From: a virus
Strand: one strand, 5' to 3'
IMG/VR virus record: IMGVR_UViG_3300015195_000001
Location: 1-55,536 of that record
Length of the DNA: 55,536 nt
Position numbers and translations under genes: made by a program
Notes under the pieces: generated by a model
Databases searched by the model: none
What the model was told of the DNA's origin: nothing
Seen by the model: only the letters and a program-made list of their open reading frames with translations
Shown here: piece after piece, positions 7,408 to 15,411 of the stretch
Layout: each line of letters starts with the position of its first letter
Numbering within the stretch: position 1 is the first letter of the stretch

Positions 7408-8298
7408 ATGACAGCAACGATGACAGCCCCCGCCGGTATCTCCACGCGCGCAATGCTCGCCGACCTGACGATCTCCTCTTGGTCGGGACGGAAGTACGAC
7501 CGGAAGGTTTCCGATGATGTCGCGACCCAGCACAACGCGACGAGTGACGCGGGCCGCTATAACAAGCGGCTCATCGCGCGCAAGGCGCAGGAGGACCTCG
7601 AACGGATCGCGCGCACGGCCTTCCGCTACCACTATTTCGTGACACTCCCCTGGCTCGATAGCGGCGTTCGGGTCTTCCCCAGTGCCCTGTATTTCGACTA
7701 CGTCACGAAGATGAACGCCTCCGAGCGCGCGTTCAACGAAGCCGCCGATCGGTTCGCGGCGGCCTACCCGCAGATGATCACCGACGCGCAGCGCGACCTG
7801 AACGGTCTGTTCAACGCGAGCGACTATCCCGCCCCGAGCGCGATTCGAAGCAAGTTTGCCTTCCGGATCGCGATGCTTCCGCTCCCCGACGCGACCGACT
7901 TTCGGGTGGACCTCGGCGACGAACAGGTCAAGAAGCTTCAAGAGCAGTTCGTCCAGACCCGCGATGCCCTCTTCAATCGCGCTATCGGCGAGGTCGTCGG
8001 GCGGATTCAGGAGGTCGTCGGGCGGATGGCCGAACGACTACGTGCCTACAAGGTGACGGACGACAAGACCGAGGGCGTCTTCCGAGATACGCTCGTGACG
8101 AACATCCGCGATCTCGTCGCCGTTCTACCCGCGCTGAATGTCACAGAAGATGACCGGCTCGACGATCTGATCGACCGCGTCCGAACCAGCCTCTGCGCCC
8201 ACGACGCGGATGTCCTGCGAGAGAACACCACCGTGCGCATCGAAACCGCCGACGCGGCCGACGAGATTCTGGCGCACGTCAACGCGTTCTTCGCATGA
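7408..8298 (+). CDS. Hypothetical protein, possibly DUF3150-like
   Basis: 296 aa, lying between the AAA+ and vWA genes. The family assignment is from my memory of this gene neighbourhood and protein size only. Confidence 0.6.
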   Translation: MTATMTAPAGISTRAMLADLTISSWSGRKYDRKVSDDVATQHNATSDAGRYNKRLIARKAQEDLERIARTAFRYHYFVTLPWLDSGVRVFPSALYFDYVTKMNASERAFNEAADRFAAAYPQMITDAQRDLNGLFNASDYPAPSAIRSKFAFRIAMLPLPDATDFRVDLGDEQVKKLQEQFVQTRDALFNRAIGEVVGRIQEVVGRMAERLRAYKVTDDKTEGVFRDTLVTNIRDLVAVLPALNVTEDDRLDDLIDRVRTSLCAHDADVLRENTTVRIETADAADEILAHVNAFFA

Positions 8299-9626
8299 TC
8301 ACAACCATTCAAAACCCCGCCGAGGCTGGTCGCATCATGCGTGCTCGGATTCGTCTCTTGATCGATCATCCGTGGTTCGGCCAACTCGCCCTGAACCTCA
8401 AGGTCACGGAAACGACCAAGTGCCCCGCGATGGCAACGGACGGGACGCACCTGTTCTATAACCCGACCTGGACCGCCGCGCAGACCGACGACGTGCTCAG
8501 CGGTACGGTTGCTCACGAGGCGATGCACTGCGGTCTGCGGCACATGTTTCGGTGCCAGGGCCGCGAGATGAAGCTTTGGAATCAAGCCACGGATTACGCG
8601 ATCAATCCTCTCCTCGACGCCAGCAAGATCCAACTCCCCGAAGGCGTGCTGCGTAGCGCAGCCTACAGCGGCCTCGCCGCCGAGACGATCTACGCGAAGC
8701 TAGTTCACGAGCAGCAAGAGAAACAGCGCCGAGAAGAGCAGGAGCAGCAGGACAACGCGCAGAACGACGCCGCTCAGGATGAGTCAGACGAGAGCGAAGA
8801 TTCGGACGAGCAGCCCGAACCAGAAGATTCAGGCGACCAGTCCGACGACGAGAGCGACCGAGATCAGAGCGACGAGCCGGGCGAAGAAGAAGGCGAAGGC
8901 CCAGGCCAGGGCGACTTCGATAACGGCGATCTTCTCCCCGCGCCGAAGGCCAGCGACGTCAAGGATGGAGCCGACGGCGAGACGGACGCGCCGCTTACTG
9001 ATATGGATTGGGAGATCATCGCCGATCAGGCCACGATGGTTGCTACCAAGCGTGGATTAATGCCCGCTGATGCCGACCGGGCTTTCCGCGAGACGCTCGA
9101 ACCGAAGGTCAACTGGCGCGAAGTCCTCCGCCGCTTCGTCGATCAGACGATGCCGAGCGATTATAACTGGAGTCGCCCCAATCGCCGCTATGTCGCTCAG
9201 GGACTGTACCTACCTGCCGTCGTCAAGGAGAACGCACCGCGACTGCTCATCGCATTAGATACGTCCGGGAGCATCGACCAGAGCGTCCTCGACACATTCT
9301 CGGCAGAGCTCAGCGCGATCATGATGGAGGTTCGGCCTTCCGCGATCGACGTTGTCTCCTGTGACGCGCGGATCCAGAACGTCGAGACATTCACCGCCGA
9401 CGACGGCGAGATCATCCCGCACCCCAAGGGTGGCGGCGGTACAGCCTTTCAGCCTGTCTTCGATTGGGTCGAAGAACAGGACGAGCAGCCCGCCGCGATC
9501 ATCTATCTAACCGACCTCGACGGTGACGAGCCACGCGAGCCCGCGATGCCCGTCTTATGGGTAACGCCCGAACGAGTCACGAAGGAAGGATTATTTGGAG
9601 AAACGATTCGGATCCCAGCAGCGTAG
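8295..9626 (+). CDS. Putative metallopeptidase-vWA protein (DUF2201_N + DUF2201/vWA-like)
   Basis: AHEAMHCGLRH (HExxH, 8514-8528) and a MIDAS-like LDTSGS (9258-9272). An acidic low-complexity linker separates the two domains. ATGA coupling to the upstream gene. Confidence 0.8.
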   Translation: MITTIQNPAEAGRIMRARIRLLIDHPWFGQLALNLKVTETTKCPAMATDGTHLFYNPTWTAAQTDDVLSGTVAHEAMHCGLRHMFRCQGREMKLWNQATDYAINPLLDASKIQLPEGVLRSAAYSGLAAETIYAKLVHEQQEKQRREEQEQQDNAQNDAAQDESDESEDSDEQPEPEDSGDQSDDESDRDQSDEPGEEEGEGPGQGDFDNGDLLPAPKASDVKDGADGETDAPLTDMDWEIIADQATMVATKRGLMPADADRAFRETLEPKVNWREVLRRFVDQTMPSDYNWSRPNRRYVAQGLYLPAVVKENAPRLLIALDTSGSIDQSVLDTFSAELSAIMMEVRPSAIDVVSCDARIQNVETFTADDGEIIPHPKGGGGTAFQPVFDWVEEQDEQPAAIIYLTDLDGDEPREPAMPVLWVTPERVTKEGLFGETIRIPAA

Positions 9627-9685
9627 TAAAGCGTCGAAGAACGAGCAATAAGCCGGGGACTCCCCACGGCTAGGAGGGAAAGGAA

Positions 9686-9994
9686 ATGGGTGCCGCAGTA
9701 TTTTATCAGGAAGGCCGAGGTAAGAGCGCGAAGGAAGCATTTCAGGCTGCGCGTGATGACGCTGCATGGGAACGCGGCCACGGAGGTTATACCGGATCGC
9801 TCGCCGAGAAATCCGAGTTTGTCATGATCGCCGTACCGTCCGGGCAAGATCCCGAAATATTTGCCAGCGACCTCATCCATGATGGTGACGGACGTATTGT
9901 CGACAAGTGGGGGCCAGCCGGCTGTATTGATCTCGGCGAATCTGATCCAGTTGGATTGAGACGCTATCTCTTCTTCGGGTGGGCGTCCTGTTGA
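9686..9994 (+). CDS. Hypothetical protein (102 aa)
   Basis: AGGAGGGAAAGG RBS. Motifs GHGGYTGSLAEK and WGPAGC. Family not recognised. Confidence 0.6.
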   Translation: MGAAVFYQEGRGKSAKEAFQAARDDAAWERGHGGYTGSLAEKSEFVMIAVPSGQDPEIFASDLIHDGDGRIVDKWGPAGCIDLGESDPVGLRRYLFFGWASC

Positions 9995-9996
9995 CA

Positions 9997-10203
9997 ATGA
10001 TTCTCTCCGCCCTCCGGGCCGTGACCAGGTTCGGAATCTGGTCGGGCCTCGCGCCGACGGGCCTGCAAGTCCTCCGTGACGGGGAGTCGACGGACACGAC
10101 ATCGGAGCTAGATCGAATCATCAAGGATTGGGTAATAAGAGCATTTCGCCATCGCCAGGTTCGCCAGTCCGTCTACCGCGCGACGCGGGGGAAGCGGCGG
10201 TGA
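9997..10203 (+). CDS. Hypothetical basic small protein (68 aa)
   Basis: High third-position GC across the ORF, and it fills an otherwise 225-nt gap. Start is ATG 9997 or GTG 9979. Confidence 0.4.
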   Translation: MILSALRAVTRFGIWSGLAPTGLQVLRDGESTDTTSELDRIIKDWVIRAFRHRQVRQSVYRATRGKRR

Positions 10204-10220
10204 GTGAGCAGGAGGATAAT

Positions 10221-10553
10221 ATGACATCAACTATTGACGTTCTCGATCAGTCGGGCCATAGCGCACTCGCATGGAATCCCGACGACCCCGCCGATGTCGC
10301 CCACGCGGCGGAGGCGGTCGAAAATCTACGCAAGGCTGGTTACACGTTCTATCGCCAGGTGGAGGGCGCCGACGACTTTGGCACACCCGGTCGTCTCATC
10401 TTCGAAAAGGTTGACGACCCGATCACCCGGGATGTTCCGCTCGCGCTACCTTCACCGACCGAAACGCCCTCAACCGCCGAGACTGAACCGAAACACCGGA
10501 AGCCGTATGCGCCCCGGAAGACTATCGCACGACCTCCCCAACGAGGCGGGTAG
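10221..10553 (+). CDS. Hypothetical protein (110 aa)
   Basis: ATG at 10221 with a GGAGG RBS at 10211-10215. The ORF-track start at 10128 was rejected. Confidence 0.6.
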   Translation: MTSTIDVLDQSGHSALAWNPDDPADVAHAAEAVENLRKAGYTFYRQVEGADDFGTPGRLIFEKVDDPITRDVPLALPSPTETPSTAETEPKHRKPYAPRKTIARPPQRGG

Positions 10554-11105
10554 ATGACCCTCGACGAACGGAACGACTTAGCGTTGCGGCTAGGCTCCGG
10601 CGTCCTCGCGCCCGACTTCGTAGATTGGGATGCCCTACCCAAAGACGAGGCCGAGGAAATCCTTCGGGGCGCGACGGCGGTTCTGAACTGGCTCCGCTGC
10701 CGTCCGCTGCGAGTCGCCCAGCGTCGGGCGATGAACCTGCTTCGGTCCCTGCTGGATGACGGCCAGCGCACCCAGGTTCAGCGGTCGAGGACGTTCCACG
10801 TCGTCGGATCGACTGGCGGACTTTATCGGCTCATGCCCCACTGCGGTCACGCGGATCGAGTCGTTCGCCACGGTAAGCGGTGGTACGCGGACGTGAGTTA
10901 TTGCTTACACGAGGATGACCGCAAGATTCCTCGAGCGGACACGACTATCGGCCATCTACTCTTACTGACAACCGATGAACCCGCGTTTCTCGCCCAGGCC
11001 AACGCTTGCGAGTGCGATCAACTATGGAACGGGGATTATCTGCGCCACGTTCGAGGGCGGCGGAAGCGCTGGTTAGCAGAACTTGCGGCTGAGGGGATAG
11101 CGTAA
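10554..11105 (+). CDS. Hypothetical protein (183 aa)
   Basis: The start abuts the preceding stop. Cys/His-rich segments are present (HCGH, CLHED, CEC). Confidence 0.6.
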   Translation: MTLDERNDLALRLGSGVLAPDFVDWDALPKDEAEEILRGATAVLNWLRCRPLRVAQRRAMNLLRSLLDDGQRTQVQRSRTFHVVGSTGGLYRLMPHCGHADRVVRHGKRWYADVSYCLHEDDRKIPRADTTIGHLLLLTTDEPAFLAQANACECDQLWNGDYLRHVRGRRKRWLAELAAEGIA

Positions 11106-11143
11106 GCGAGGCGATTAGACGGTAATTCGTGCAAACAAAAAGA

Positions 11144-11169
11144 GGCCCGGAGATTTGATTCTCCGGGCC
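11144..11169. terminator. Bidirectional intrinsic terminator closing the accessory cassette
   Basis: Perfect 10-bp stem GGCCCGGAGA/TCTCCGGGCC with a 6-nt loop. An A-run lies upstream and a T-rich tail downstream. Confidence 0.75.
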
Positions 11170-11540
11170 TTCCGTTGTCTATGGGCTCTCTCTTTACCCC
11201 GGTGCCTGTCAATGCCGGGAGACCGAGCCCTAGTACGTCCCTAACGGTTTGGTACGCTACCCCTTGCGTTATGTCGATTGCAAGGTCGACCGGCGGCTTA
11301 CGGATACCGCGCCCGCCAACGATCTCTCGTCGCTGGTCCAGTTCCGCCCCTATGACCTACCGACTGTTGCCGGCGACATGCCGAGAACGGAACAACACCC
11401 TTAAAGGGTTCAAGGTTAGTGGCGCGCGATGGGTTTACACCATCCCGACCGCTCCCGGTCGCGCTTCCCTTGCGGGCGCTGAGGGGACTGAGGTGGCCGA
11501 TGCTTGACGACGGCCCCGCGCCAAAGTCCGATTATAGCAA

Positions 11541-11582
11541 ATAAAAAAGCCGCCCACCATCCGGGCTGGCAGATGGTGGGCG
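11541..11582 (-). terminator. Intrinsic terminator after the lysis cassette
   Basis: 11-bp stem CGCCCACCATC/GATGGTGGGCG (11551-11561 / 11572-11582). On the minus strand it is followed by GCTTTTTTATTT. Confidence 0.8.
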
Positions 11583-11608
11583 AAGGGTGGGGGAACCCCG
11601 AGGGACAG

Positions 11609-11890
11609 TTATCCGTGCGGCGGTAACGTCTGCCCTGTCGCGATTGACACGACTGGCGTGGACACTGGCGGACTTGCCTGAGCCGTAATCGTCGCCGCTT
11701 GGACGACGCTATCGCCGTGACTGACAACCGACGATGCGAGGAAGTACGCCGACATCGCGCCGATGGCGGCGAGAATGCCCGCCTCGGGTGTGACCACGCG
11801 GTCGTAGATGCCGAAGCCAGCGGTGACGAGCGCGGCCATGAGCAGGTAGGCGCGCGGGTTGTGAAGGGTGTCACTGATCCAGGTTGGCAT
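11609..11890 (-). CDS. Membrane protein, holin-like
   Basis: 93 aa with two hydrophobic helices (YLLMAALVTAGFGIY, ILAAIGAMSAYFLASSVV). Located immediately downstream of the endolysin. Confidence 0.5.
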   Translation of the reverse strand: MPTWISDTLHNPRAYLLMAALVTAGFGIYDRVVTPEAGILAAIGAMSAYFLASSVVSHGDSVVQAATITAQASPPVSTPVVSIATGQTLPPHG

Positions 11891-11945
11891 GGGTTACTCC
11901 TTGTCGATAGTCTACTTGACAGGTGCGCTAGGTCGTGCTCGCTTG

Positions 11946-13346
11946 CTATCCGTTGATCCCCAGCGCGATCTTGATACTCGCCACGCGCTCGTGGATGGCT
12001 CGCTCGGATTCGGCCGGGTTGGCCTTGATCGTGTCTGCCTTGGCCATGCCCCAGATCAGCCCGAGGTCGTCAAGAACCTTAGCTTTCTGCTCGTTCGTCA
12101 ATTCGTCACCTCCCGCGTAGCGCTTCACCCGTGCCAGGAAATCTGCTCGGTCAAACGGTCCGCCGACATCCTGGTGGCCATCGGTGTTCGAGGGCATATT
12201 GCGATGCTCTTCGATACCGTGCGTCGTCGACCAGACAATCGGAATCGCGTATTGCTTGCACCACCGCGCTACAATCTGCGCTGCGGCGTCGAGAATCTCC
12301 GGCAGGATCGGATTGTCGACGTGGGCTTTGCACATCTCGATCCCAAGGTGGGTAGCGTTCGACGCCCGACAGTGCCAAGCCTCATTCGCCAGATCGACCG
12401 GATAGTCGACCAGGCCAACCGGCCCAACGACCGCGTGAGCCGACACCTGTGAAGCGGGAGAGTAAAACCAGTTCAGCGTGGCGTGGTACTCCGTCAACGG
12501 ATTCGTTGAGTTCCCGAGCGTGGCGTGGATTACGACGCCCGTTGTCGTGGCTCTTGCGCCGCCGTGGTTGGGCGACGAGTACGTTGGTGGCGTCACCGGC
12601 GGTCCTCCTGTGTGCAATGACGCGGACAATTCGTCAAGGTCATAGTTATTCCAGTTCGGCTCCGCCCCGCTGATAAACGGTGTCGCCAGCTCGTGCGGGA
12701 GCAGTTGCGCACCGTAGGCGTTTAACTCGGCAGCGTAGGTATCGGCACTGAGGCCGTCAGCTTTCCATCCGCCCCGACCGATATAGGTGCCGTTGTCTCC
12801 GTCACGGATCGTGTCCCGTCCGCATTCGGTAATGACCACGAGACGATGACCGTCAAGAATTGCGTTGTAGTACGTGCGCCAACGGAGGCCGTTGTAAATA
12901 GTCGGCCCTCGATCCGCCCAATAGGCGTGGAGAGCGATGGCGTCGAGTCCGCACCAGTTGGCGGCGCGGAAGGCGTTCCAGTCGACTTTGTCATAGTCCC
13001 CCGTGGCCCAGCTCGGGCCGCACACTTTCAAGCCCCGCGCGTGAAGTATAGGCACGATGGCCTTCAAGAATGCTATGTAATCGTGGAGTGAGTTCTTCGG
13101 CAGCTCATTCAGCGTTTCTACGTACAGGTTCGGATGCCGATAGCCGGCGAGTGTCGAGACGATGCCTAATGCGATACTAGCCGGGTTAGCCAGGTCCTGA
13201 TTCCCGAACACCCAACGATAGATGCGGATGGCGTCATCGGGCGCTGCTCGGAGCACGTCGGTCTGATTCACGCCCTTCACCACGTGGCTGCGCGCGGCGA
13301 AGGCAAGCGCCTCCGGCGTGGAGCGCTGCGCCTGGCAGCCAATCAT
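11946..13346 (-). CDS. Endolysin: clan-GH-A-like glycosidase + N-acetylmuramoyl-L-alanine amidase (Amidase_2/PGRP) + C-terminal domain
   Basis: N-terminal TIM-barrel-like LNE...ITECG pattern. Central VVIHATLG, AHAVV, EAWHC, HLGIE and HRN..H.DVG amidase motifs. Confidence 0.8.
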   Translation of the reverse strand: MIGCQAQRSTPEALAFAARSHVVKGVNQTDVLRAAPDDAIRIYRWVFGNQDLANPASIALGIVSTLAGYRHPNLYVETLNELPKNSLHDYIAFLKAIVPILHARGLKVCGPSWATGDYDKVDWNAFRAANWCGLDAIALHAYWADRGPTIYNGLRWRTYYNAILDGHRLVVITECGRDTIRDGDNGTYIGRGGWKADGLSADTYAAELNAYGAQLLPHELATPFISGAEPNWNNYDLDELSASLHTGGPPVTPPTYSSPNHGGARATTTGVVIHATLGNSTNPLTEYHATLNWFYSPASQVSAHAVVGPVGLVDYPVDLANEAWHCRASNATHLGIEMCKAHVDNPILPEILDAAAQIVARWCKQYAIPIVWSTTHGIEEHRNMPSNTDGHQDVGGPFDRADFLARVKRYAGGDELTNEQKAKVLDDLGLIWGMAKADTIKANPAESERAIHERVASIKIALGING

Positions 13347-13852
13347 GTAATCAAACCCATCACGTACATCTGCGCCTCGAAGTCAGCAGCCGAGGCAGTA
13401 TGTGCTCCGCCGTGGCCGCGGTGGTGAAATTGGCAATACCAGACAAAGTTTTTGTCACTCTCGACAAACGCGTCTAACTCCTCTTTCGTCTGAATCTCAG
13501 GAAAGTCGATCTCAAGCGCCTTGAGGTCAACGGAGTTCTGGATCGCAAACTCGATGATCGTATGGTGGACTTCGAGAGGCTTATCCAGAACACACATGGA
13601 GAAGTCGTTGAACCGTGCGCCGACGTAGCAGACCGCCTGGGATTTCGTTCGCTTCTTGAACGCATTAAACGCAGCGTAATGAGGGTCACTTGCCCGAGGA
13701 GTATGGTCGGGGTATCGGACGGTGTAGTGATGCGTGATCTTCTGGTCGTGCGCCGGCACGATGATCGTTACCGGTACGCCGGTCGGCTTGACCTCGACGA
13801 CGACTGCCTCCGGCGTCTCGACAACGACCACGGGTGGGGGGGGATCGGTCAT
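13343..13852 (-). CDS. Possible HNH/His-Me finger protein
   Basis: LEVHHTIIEFAIQN ... YCQFHHRGHGGAH with flanking Cys residues. ATG at 13852, 4 nt after the upstream stop. Confidence 0.35.
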   Translation of the reverse strand: MTDPPPPVVVVETPEAVVVEVKPTGVPVTIIVPAHDQKITHHYTVRYPDHTPRASDPHYAAFNAFKKRTKSQAVCYVGARFNDFSMCVLDKPLEVHHTIIEFAIQNSVDLKALEIDFPEIQTKEELDAFVESDKNFVWYCQFHHRGHGGAHTASAADFEAQMYVMGLIT

Positions 13853-13856
13853 GGAA

Positions 13857-14072
13857 TCAATGCACCACGCCAAGCGCGCTCAGCAAGACAATCAGGACGA
13901 CCACGTGTACCACGAGCCACACAAGTTGCTTGACCGGCGGCGGTAGCGCGATCATCCCCAGGATGAGCGAAATAGCGTAGACGATGATCGCGAGCACGAT
14001 CAACGCGATCAGAAGCGGAATGAGCGATTCGAGGCTCAGGCTGATGGCGGCGACGATAGCGAGAACTGGCAT
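13857..14072 (-). CDS. Very hydrophobic membrane protein, holin-like (71 aa)
   Basis: Almost entirely Leu/Ile/Val/Ala, with 2-3 predicted TM helices. Confidence 0.55.
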   Translation of the reverse strand: MPVLAIVAAISLSLESLIPLLIALIVLAIIVYAISLILGMIALPPPVKQLVWLVVHVVVLIVLLSALGVVH

Positions 14073-14162
14073 CTAGTTACCTCCCGTAATTACGACTATT
14101 GCCAAAACGACGGTGAACCAAATTGCGATGATGATGAGGCCGATGGTGAACAGACGGTTCAC
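14073..14162 (-). CDS. Micro-ORF encoding a single-TM peptide (29 aa)
   Basis: A GTG at 14162 overlaps the upstream TGA, and the TAG stop abuts the next ATG. Translation: MNRLFTIGLIIIAIWFTVVLAIVVITGGN. Confidence 0.4.
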   Translation of the reverse strand: MNRLFTIGLIIIAIWFTVVLAIVVITGGN

Positions 14163-14842
14163 GGATGCCTCAATATCTCAATCAGGGCCATCACGAAGCC
14201 AGCGATCCCAACCGCTCCCATGACCAAGGACAGAGTGAATGTGCCCGATGCCCGCTGGTCCGTCTTGACTACCTGCTGGTTTTGCTGTGCGACCGCGACG
14301 GCTGCGATCAGGGCCGTGACCTGTCCTTCTAACCGGGTCTCACGTTCTCCCAGTTCAGTGATACGGCCATTCAGGCCGTCGACCTGCTTTGTCGTTTGTA
14401 GTTCCGTCTTCGATACCGCATCGTTAGCAGACTGGGTAGCCTGTAGTCCCAGTTTCTCTTGCGCGGCCAGGGCGTCCTTGATATTGGTCTTCGCCTCGGT
14501 CGTGCTCGTCTCGGAAGCCTTATCACGGAGCTCGAAGCCCTTATTGACTCCTTCAAACCTCTCAGTAACCGTTGAAAAGCGTTCAATGACCCAATCCTTG
14601 AGATGCTGAATCCGTGCTTCTGTCTCGGCCGGCATAGCCTCGCGCGCGCGTTGGAGAAGTTTGACCGCGTCATCGGCGGCATCCATGCGGGTGTCGTTGA
14701 CCTTCTGATTCCCGTCGATCTTGCCTTCGAGGGTCTCCCGAAGCGCCACGAGCGTTTCGCGCAGCCGGTCCAAAGTGGCCAAAGTAGGGTCAGGGTTGGG
14801 TACGGAGCCGTTTCTCGGCGGCTGCATTGGTGTGTCAACCAT
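14159..14842 (-). CDS. Coiled-coil protein with C-terminal TM anchor
   Basis: Long heptad-like, charge-rich region, then FTLSLVMGAVGIAGFVMALIEIL at the C-terminus. Confidence 0.6.
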   Translation of the reverse strand: MVDTPMQPPRNGSVPNPDPTLATLDRLRETLVALRETLEGKIDGNQKVNDTRMDAADDAVKLLQRAREAMPAETEARIQHLKDWVIERFSTVTERFEGVNKGFELRDKASETSTTEAKTNIKDALAAQEKLGLQATQSANDAVSKTELQTTKQVDGLNGRITELGERETRLEGQVTALIAAVAVAQQNQQVVKTDQRASGTFTLSLVMGAVGIAGFVMALIEILRHP

Positions 14843-14845
14843 CGC

Positions 14846-15058
14846 CTAAATCCTCACCCCAAACAACCGTAATACCCACATAATGATCGAGCCGACCCCC
14901 ACGCCCGACAGCGCCAGGAGCACCGTCTGCCGCCGTCGCATCCGCTCCACACTTTGCCGCAAGAGCTCCATCTGCGCGACGTAGCGCCGGAGCGCTTCGA
15001 GCTGCTGGGTCTCCCCGAACTCGATCGTGCGTTTCAAGTCGTCGAGTGCGGCGATCAT
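14846..15058 (-). CDS. Small coiled-coil protein with C-terminal TM anchor
   Basis: 70 aa. C-terminal VLLALSGVGVGSIIMWVLRLF. Confidence 0.55.
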   Translation of the reverse strand: MIAALDDLKRTIEFGETQQLEALRRYVAQMELLRQSVERMRRRQTVLLALSGVGVGSIIMWVLRLFGVRI

Positions 15059-15071
15059 CGTCTCTCCCGCG

Positions 15072-15401
15072 TCAGATCACGATGGGGTTGATGCGCAGCG
15101 TCAGCATCCGATCATTGGGGAAAGTGTCGTTACTGCCGTCAGCCCAGGCCACGGCGAACTCGAAGACGTAATCCCCCGCGATGGCCGTATCCGCCGCTTG
15201 CCAGGTATACGAAATCTTCCCGAGCGTCGGAGACACAATCGCGCAGAGAGCGTTGAGGATACTGACCGTCGGCGTCTCGGCGCGGGCGACCTTGATGCGG
15301 ACGCTTGAGGCGGCGGTGAGATTGACGACGCCGTTGCTGTCACTGAGAGTGGCCGTGAGGATGGGCACCGTGTTCGATTTCTTCAAAACGAAATCCGCCA
15401 T
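15072..15401 (-). CDS. BppU-N/Ig-like domain protein
   Basis: The pattern LTATLSDSNGVVNLTAASSVRIKV ... GKISYTWQAADTAIAGDYVFEF ... TFPN resembles the phage baseplate upper protein Ig-like domain. Confidence 0.45.
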   Translation of the reverse strand: MADFVLKKSNTVPILTATLSDSNGVVNLTAASSVRIKVARAETPTVSILNALCAIVSPTLGKISYTWQAADTAIAGDYVFEFAVAWADGSNDTFPNDRMLTLRINPIVI

Positions 15402-15411
15402 CAGTGTCCTC

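Noticed and set aside
11175-11507. 110-aa plus-strand ORF in the terminator-flanked gap.
   Set aside because: It has no RBS, an implausible Pro/Ser/Arg/Thr-rich product, and no clear third-position GC bias. I treat the region as non-coding, as described in the finding covering 11170-11550.
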